Source: Paraspadella gotoi (taxonomy: Eukaryota; Animalia; Chaetognatha). From it: DNA of 64,000 nt. Made by a program: the position numbers and the translations under genes. This document shows, in pieces, positions 55,475 to 64,000 of this stretch; position 1 is the first letter of the stretch, and the number at the start of each line of letters is the position of its first letter. The notes beneath the pieces were generated by a model that worked only from the letters and a program-made list of their open reading frames with translations, did not search any database and was not told the DNA's origin. The stretch lies in contig CM119270.1 of assembly GCA_051294375.1 (NCBI GenBank), positions 3,466,554 through 3,530,553 of the forward strand. Reading direction: 5' to 3'.

Positions 55475-58330
55475 GTAATGCCAGAGAAGTATCTCTGCGC
55501 GCTCATTTTCCAAACTCGAACACTGACGGAGGCAAACATGAAGGTTACGGTCAAACCAAAAGGAACAATGCCGTTGTCGGAGTAGCGGCTCTCTGACGTT
55601 GACAAAATTTCGTGGAAATTTTGGGTCATTGATCTCGTTCGCGTAAGATTATCCTTGCGACCGATTTTTCGTACATTTTAGAAATGGAGGCGATCTTGCG
55701 TCTGTAATACATGACACAACGATGGTCGTAAAGTTTCTCGACTATTTTTGTAATTACGCCCTGGCGAGGAAACGTCAGTTGGCTGTCGACATAGAAGAAA
55801 ATCGTCATGGAACGGTCATTAGGATCTGCCGCGCGTCCGCGTATAGGGTAAGATCGCTCCACCACGAGAGTAATCCGCGGCCGGTGGTTATATTTACTCG
55901 GGTAAGGTAAGGTTAAGGTATAAGTTCTCCCTCGTAGATGTCATTTTGATTAGGTATCTAGAAAAGCATTGCTCTCCAACAAAGAGTCGGTCGGGCAAGC
56001 TTTTTCTTCCATTTTGGGACAAGTGATTCTTTTCACATCTTCGATTAATCACTATTTTCGTTTTGTGTTTTGTTTACATCCATTTTTTTTATAAAATGGG
56101 TTTTATATTTTGTAATTTGATTTTTTATGTTAGAAGCGAAACTTGACAACAAAAGCGACAAAGGCTGACAGACAGCAGAGAGAAACTACTTAAAATGTTC
56201 AGTTAGCGCACCAAACTGGTTTTAGAGCGATTTATTGACAGCGGTAGACAACATTTTAATCTGAGCGGGTTTTTTAGGGGGCACTTTTATACAACCGAGG
56301 TAAAATGATTCCAAATTTTTTTGCATAAATAGCCATTCTTGTTTAGGCCATTCTTGTTAGGCCATCTTGTTTCCTGACTTTGGACAAGTCTATGAGTGGG
56401 TTTAAGTCCTCCTTCCGTTTTAGGAAATAGAATATTAATTTCATATTCAAAATTTGTTTTCTGAAGCAAGAAGTACGCATATCGCAACGTGGACTCTAAT
56501 CCCGGGTCCGTGGGTGTTCGGCCCAACATTGGGCGCCACTGAAGACAAGAAGACGTATATCGCAACAATTAGAAAAGACCTGGAAGTTTAGCTAGCATCG
56601 AGCTCGCGAAGACTGGACTCAAAAAAAGGACCGGCTCTCGAGAAAGGATGGGAACAGAGGGGATGAGAGATCGAGCAAGTGGATAACATGCACAAATACC
56701 AATGCCTAATTTTACGAAGTTCAATCCTAATTCAATTTTTTTTTAATAAATACGCAGAGATGAGAGAGAGAAAGAAATCAAAAAGACAAGCAGCAGAAGC
56801 AGCAGAGAAAAGAGCAGAAAATAAAGAGCCCCTGCGAGAAGCAGCTGCAAGACGTCGTTTTTTTTTTCCCGATGAATCAGCACTAAAATATTGATCAATA
56901 AAAATGAATGCAAGTTAAAAAAAATTGATGCAAGTTTAAAAAATGATGCGCAATTGTAAAAATGCATGCAAATTGAAAAAATGAATGTGAAGTTGAGAAA
57001 ATGCATGTTGAGTGGAGAAAAATGTTGCGAGTTTAAAAATGTTTTTTAAAAAAAAAATTGTGATTTATTCATTTGAATTAGCTGATACCGCCTTAATTAT
57101 CGTAGGCAGATCCGACATTGTTGGCGTCAAACTTATTTTTTATTAAGTTACATTAGTTTTCTTCTCAGACGGGCTCTTACGCCATGGGTCGCCAGTAATT
57201 ACAAATTATCACGAGAAAATTTCAGTATCAGTTTATTAACAACAGTAAAGTTAAAAATAATATAAATTAGAAGACATTTTCGAATTTTCTATTCTTTTAT
57301 ATTCTTTTAAAAAATTCGAATAAGATAATTTGACTTTTGTTTGTTTTTTTCGCTGTTTGCGACCCGCAAGGACCTCTGCGTGTCGTTCGTAGTTACCAAA
57401 TCGTTTCCGCTTATTTATTCACTTGGATTCCGATGATTAAAGATAAAAGCTTTATTTTTTTTAGTATCATATCTTATGAATTATTTCTTTGTAAACTAAG
57501 TTGGTTATAATTCATATTGCCTAAATTGTAATAGTCGGTATTGAAAAAGGTCAGTTATAAACTTATATCCCATTCTTTGGCGACGGCAACCGGGAGGCGC
57601 GCGGAAACGAGAACCCGTATCACAAAGCTAACCGTTGAACGAAATTAATCACTGACTGATTGCTCTTTTAAAACCTTCATCTCCAAAATTTAGGGTCGAG
57701 TTGTTATTCGAGCCAGACAGGCTTCGCGCTGGTGCCTGGCTCTATAATGTTTTACGGATTGCCTTCTTTTTGATGACGTTAAGTCGTCGTTCGTCGTCGT
57801 TCGTCGTCGTCCGGTCGTCGTCGTGCGGTCGTCCGTCACGCTGTTTTATAAAAAACACTGCGCTTTTATAGTTAGGGCTGGGACTTACCGTTTTTTTTAA
57901 ACCTAAAATGCCCAAATTTACATCCGAGATTTTGTGGAATTATCCTCTTTCTTTTCTCTCTCTCTTCTTCTCACTCATACATGCATTTGTTTGTTTTATT
58001 TCGATCATTCCGTCAATGAATGACTATCATCGCATTAATTGAATGACTATACATCGAATCAAGCGAAAGATTTCAATCAACATCAATGAATGACTATCAT
58101 CGCATCAATCATTTTGTTATCATCACATGCAATCATTCGCTATCAATCGATCAATTATTGGTTATCATCGCATATAATAGTTTAGTTGTTTTCATTGCAT
58201 CAAATAATTGGTTCATCGCATCATATCATCAATTAACTTGCTGCTCGATTCCTTATGCTTTTTAGATTTTTCTCTTATTTTGTGTTTTTTCTTCGTCTCT
58301 CTCTCTCTCTCTATCCTCTCTCTCTCTCCA

Positions 58331-58380
<50 letters not shown>

Positions 58381-60689
58381 TCCTTTACCTCTTTCTAAAA
58401 AGATGCGTGTTCGAGAGGACGGAGGAGAACGAATCCCGAAATTCTCTTCATTTTTCTTCTCTTCTTTCTTTTCTTCTTCCTCTTTCTTTTCTCTTTTCTT
58501 TCCTTTTGCCTCCTTCTCCTTCTCCTTCTCCTCGCGGACGCCCGTTTTTCGTCACTGGGCCATCTCTCATAAAGACGGCGTCGACGTCTTCGTACGATAC
58601 CACGCTCGCCATTGACGCATGACGCCGTTCCAAAAAACGCGCCGTTTTGGAACAGGCGCCATCAGTTCTGTCATTCGTCGTTTCGTCGTCGGCCAACGTC
58701 GCATACCAAACGGCGAATTCGTCGTTGGCTTCTTCGTTTTCCACCGCCATCCACGGCTTTCGTGATCTTTGCCCACAGTCTCCTCCGCACTTGACCACTT
58801 TGGCGTGGTCGGCGTGGTTTTCCCCCATCTCGAGCGAGTTGGTCTCCGGACTCTGTTGGCTTTTTTCATCGTCCATCGTTTTTTTTTGAACTCGGGGGAG
58901 ATGTTTTTTTCGACGTCGTCGTGTCGTCGTTCGTGCGTCGGTTTCGTTTGTCGTCTCATTGTCGTTCAGTCCGTCGTCCTACTTGAATGACTTAATGATT
59001 TCCTCATTCAATATCTTCGTCCTATTTTCGTCTCTTCCAATATCGATGTCCATGCCTCACCCAAGACTTATCTCCCTTTCCGCCTGGTCAACTTCCCCCA
59101 GCAACCGCCTGAACAACTTCCCTGCTCAACCGGCCTGTCAGATCTCCAGCACACCGCCTGACACCCTCCCCGGCACCGCCTAGTCAAGCACTGTCCATCA
59201 ATCGGCCCCCTCTGACGCTTCAATCGATCCTTTGATCCTTCGCGTTCCATCGGAAACGGAATCTTGGGCCGAACGAAGAGGCGCGTTCATTGGCGCGTTC
59301 AATCGGGCTCGTTCTCATGGGAACATTCATTGCGCTCGTTCATGGCGCGTTCCTCGGCTGCGTTTAACAACGACGCGTTTCATGTTGAACGATTCATCGT
59401 CGTGCATCAATTCTCGTCTCGTTCATCAGAGCATTCATTGGCTCGTTATTGGCGCGTTCCTTCGGTCATTCATCGGCGGAGCGCTTCATTGGTAGGTTTT
59501 CTCGGTGCATTCATCGGCCTCTTTCATGGTCGTGCGTTCATCAAACGATGTCAATTGTTCGCGTTAAATGACGCCGCTTTCTTCTCGACGAGGCTCCCTT
59601 CCACTCACGGACGTAGTTTTTATTGTTTGGTAATTGTTATTATTGTTGTTGTTGTTAAGGCCATTGGTCCCAATTGGTCCGTCGTCCGTCCTCGTTGTGG
59701 GTCGAAATTTTTGGCGAAAGTGAAAGATTGTTCCCAGCGCCCGCCCTTTCCGGTCTGAGGAGAAAAACATTAGAAACAAAAACGTAAAAACCAAATGATG
59801 AATGATCTACCAGCGCGATCGATGACCATATAATTAACCGGGATTAACCCGATCCGGTTAATACCTGATTATCTTCTTCCCTTTTTTTTTTTTTTTTTTT
59901 TTTGCACACCGACTGATAATGAAAAGATTTATCGGAATCACGAACAAACTTCTTCCAAGTAAAACCTTCGCTGCCATTTCTCACAGGTTTAGAGATCGTC
60001 ATTTGTGATCTGTGATTGTGATTTCTAATTGTGACTTAGGATCTGCGACTTGTGTTTCGTGAGACTCTCATGCAGTTTTCGTTTATTTACCTCCAGAGTA
60101 TCTTCCCTATCAATAATTTTTCATTTGGTGATTTTAGGTCTATTGATTTACGATTTGTGCTTTGTGCTTTGTGTGCTTTTGTGATTCGGGTCGGTAATCT
60201 GTGATCCAACCCAGGGACTCACCGCTTTGATCGATTTCCCGTCAGCTCGAAATTATCGTCGACATTTTTCTCTTCTTCTTTTTTTTTACTCAAGATTTCG
60301 TCGTCATTTCTTTTTTCGTTATTGTACAAATCTAGTCTTTTTTTGTAGATATTTTTTGTCAATTGAAAAATTTAGGCATTCAGTATTATATTATTTTTAA
60401 ACGTATAATGTTTGATTGATTCCACGTTGTTTTCATTGTATATTTTGCAAAAGTAATTAATTTATTTTTTTAACCTTCCAAAAAAATTTTATTCCTAATT
60501 TTTTGACTTTTGGTTTTCAAATTCGTAAGGACAGGCTCGCTGTAGTCAGTTTGATTTCGACGCCTGATTCTGGATGACAAATTAATTAATTTTTTCCCCT
60601 GGAGAAAAAAAAATCGGGGGTAACGTGATATTTTTTTGCGCTCATCGTATATAATTTAGGCTCTCTCTCTTCTCTCTCTCTCTCTCTTC

Positions 60690-60721
<32 letters not shown>

Positions 60722-63700
60722 TCTCTCTCTCTCTCTCTCTCTCTCTTGCTTTTTCGGTGGAAATTCTTTCTTTTCAATTCGGTATATATTTGTATTTCAC
60801 CTTAGTGCCAAAAAAAAGCAATTTTGTCTTTTCTTTTGCTTTTTTAACCTTTGAGGAGAAAAAGAAGTGACAGAGAAGGAGTGAGAGAAAAAGGAGAGAA
60901 GAGAGAAGAGCACGAGAGAGAGAGAGAGAAGAGAGAAGAGAGAGAGAGAGCAGAGAGAAGCAGAGAAGATGAGAGAGAGAGAAGAGAGAGAGAAGAAGAG
61001 AAGAATTTATTTGATTTACTCTGCTTCAATTGCTGAAAAAATCAAAGTATTGCAATTTTTACTCCACATTTAAAGAAAACCTAACTATAGGTACAAAAAT
61101 TAATATATACATATTAGCTAATACAAACAATAGAATTCATTTTGACAATTTTACCATTGCAACTTTTTGCATTTTTAATGTGCCGCGCTAAAAAATCTCA
61201 GTTGTTTTAAAAAAAAAAGTTAAAAAAGAAAAAACGCGTCAAAACAAAAATATAATTTGGAAACAAAATATTTAGAATTTTTTATTTGTGAAAAAATAAA
61301 ATTTCTGAACCGTGTGAACGTGACTTAACGAATGTGAACCGTGACTTGCTGTTATTAAGATTAAGAAAATTGCGAGTTTTTTGCTTAGAATTTTTAAAAT
61401 TCTTTTTGTCAGTTAATAATGGTAGACGGTATTTAATTCATAGCAACCATTTTTAGTTATTGTCCTTATATTGTTTAGTATATCGTTGGAGAGAATAAAG
61501 CATGCTTCCGACATAAGGAAAAAAGTGAAAAGCTTCGGTATTGCAAGAAGAATTTGTCCTAAGAGGCATAAAAAGAAAGATAGAAAAAAGAAGAAAAAAG
61601 AAGAGAAAGAAAAGAAAGAAAGAAAGATAAGAAAGAAGAAGTTAAAGAAAAAGAAAGAAGAAAGAAAAAACAACTAATATGAAAGAAAAAATGAAAAACG
61701 AAAGCAAGAAAAAGTACAAAGACGGTAGAGAACGGACAGACGGAGCTTCCACAGATGCCCCCTCATTCAGGAGGGTTTTAATGAAGTTGAAATATTTTCT
61801 TCTCTCCCTCTCTCTCTCTTCGTCCTCTCTCTTCTCTCTCTTCTCTCTCTCTACTTCGCTCCACATTTTTCCCTACCTGTCCCTCCCTTAATCGCCCACT
61901 GAGTTTCATCCTTAATCTCGAGACGAATTCCTGTGAAAACTTTAATTCTGATTCCAGTTCATTAATTCATGCATTCTCACTCACGACGCGCGATATTTTT
62001 TATCTCTATCTCTATTTCTAATCAATCTCTCTATTTCTAATTTAATATCTCTCTCCATTTTCTAATCTATCTCTCTATTTTCCTTAGTCTCTATTTATAT
62101 CTTTGCTCTATTTTCGTTTAAAAAAGAAGCCAAAAAAAAAATGCTTTTTTCTTCTTATTTTTTTTTGCTCAGTCAATAGCGACTAGAAATTGCGACGATT
62201 TTTTTCTTAACAAAAGAAATGCGATTGAATTTTTAAACATGTAAACATGGAAAATCGGAGCCCTTTTCTCACGAATCGAAAAATTGTTATGTTATAATGG
62301 TACAGCTGATAAAAAGCTAATAAACAGCCTGAATAAGACAGCCAATAAAAAGTAAATATAACGTTTAAAATCTGTGAAATTATTTGATTTTTTTTTTAAT
62401 TCACTAAGGAAACAGAAAAAAGATAAACAAAAAAACCATTTCACAAATATTTGAAAATGAAACGAAAAAAAGAAAAACGTCAATTGAACGCTTAACAATG
62501 GATGATGATCGGATCGGAGTCAAAGTCAAAGACTGACTGTGAATGCATGACATGACATGAAGCGGCCGTCGAAGAAACGACGACTAGAAACGGAATGTCC
62601 AAACCAACCGGACTAAAATCTGCCCATTTTTTTTGTCTCCTTTTTTATTTTCTTAGTTTTGGCGCGGTGTGCTCTGAAAGTGAACTGACGGTGGAAGAAA
62701 TAGTAAGAAATTATATCGAACTGAAAATAAAATAAATATCACATTATGTTTACATATCGTCAAGTTTCGGCTTCTTTAAAACTAAACAAACCATACAAAG
62801 TTCGCTAAGTTATACATTTTTTATTAGCGATTAGCGTACTCAACCTATGCAGTGGGTTCACCTTGTTTAATTTAGAAAAAATATATTATTTAAACATTTT
62901 TTTACAAAATTGATTCGAAAAAAGTACTGATTTTATGAAGAAAATAAAAATGGAATCCTTTTACATAATTAAAATACGCCAATTAATTAGTATTTACGAG
63001 AAAAGAAAGTTGTATTTAAATATTAAATAATAAATTGGATCTCGATAACAAATACGCGACAATGAGTTAAAAATATTTCTTTGGTCTTTAGATCTTTTAA
63101 ACCTTCCCAAAATAAAGCGAATGGACACAAAGCCTATTTATATAATTTACTAGTATAATATTTTATTTGACTAATAAGAAAACCCCCAACATTGAGGTTC
63201 TCATCCGCTTTTAAATTCCTTTCGTAAAATCAAGAGCTACTAAATCTCTCATAATTAATTTCGTCTCACCACAGTATCGTACAGTATCGTACAGTATCGA
63301 ACAGTATCGAACGTATCGAACGGTAATCGAATCGGATTCCAAGGCGTCGAAAGCTTCCATCGGTCGATCCGCGCGTTTTCGGCGTGTGTCCGCGTTTCTT
63401 ATTTTCCGGAGGCGAAGAACCCAGCCGCTCTCATTCACGGGCAACCTGACCCCCCCCCAAACTCGCTCCCAATCGCCTCGTCCCCCCCTCCTCCCCCCTC
63501 CATCTCTCCCCCCCCATTTTCGTTCCAATATCTTGAAGCCGAGTTGTCCAAGAGCCAGAGACCATCGCTTGACCGTATCGGCGCGAAACTTGGAGGCAGT
63601 TGACGCGGGATTCGTGCCCGTTGTTCGATCGGTTGATTGAGGTGAACTGAGAAGGAAGGAAAAAGGGGGGGGGAAGGTGGCGAGGAATTTGCAAACAGGA

Positions 63701-63942
63701 CGACCGGAAATAATCTCTTTTTTGGTATTCAAATTAAATTTAATTATTATTTTTTTCTTTTAATTATTTATTTTTATTGAATTCAATTCATCTAATCTTA
63801 TATTACTTTAATTTATTTTTTGTATCAATCTTTTTTATTATTTATTTTTTGTATCAATCTTTTTTTGACATTTTTTATTTATTATTTTTATTTATTTATT
63901 ATTTTATTTATTTATTTATTTATTTCTTATTTATTTTTGTAT

Positions 63943-63977
<35 letters not shown>

Positions 63978-64000
63978 TTGTTTATTTATTTATTTATTTA
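55475..64000 (+). other. Indel-rich direct duplicate of ~36762-44850 (5' part of Xkr exon 1, tRNA fragment, HINE, low-complexity exon, last G-beta exon); probable assembly artefact
   Basis: Colinear along its whole length with frequent single-base insertions and deletions and few substitutions, even inside exons. It starts abruptly in mid-exon at 55475. Confidence 0.8.

Noticed and set aside
55475-56083. Second Xkr paralog or pseudogene
   Set aside because: Differences from the first copy are almost all single-base indels spread evenly over coding and non-coding DNA, as expected for raw long-read error.

Overview
AT-rich eukaryotic (probably invertebrate animal) draft-assembly window. It is dense in (GA)n, (GAC)n and (TTTA)n microsatellites and N-gaps, and contains several indel-riddled duplicate blocks that look like unpolished long-read gap fills. 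Most listed ORFs are microsatellite noise. Real coding content is on the minus strand. (1) A three-exon gene at 33440-37349: reconstructing GT-AG splice sites by hand joins an XK-related (Xkr scramblase family) membrane domain in frame to a C-terminal Kelch propeller (about 1041 aa). (2) A multi-exon, divergent G-protein beta subunit gene (44344-~51640, partly present 2-3 times). (3) A large low-complexity exon (39550-40842) and a few orphan candidate exons between gaps. Non-coding highlights: a CCA-ended 3' fragment of tRNA-Lys(CTT) between 26-bp direct repeats just upstream of the Xkr start codon, Helentron-type non-autonomous elements, a possible TTAA-flanked DNA element containing nested insertions, a decayed foldback palindrome, a compact multi-hairpin island and several minisatellites. 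All splice models were read by eye, without transcript or database support.
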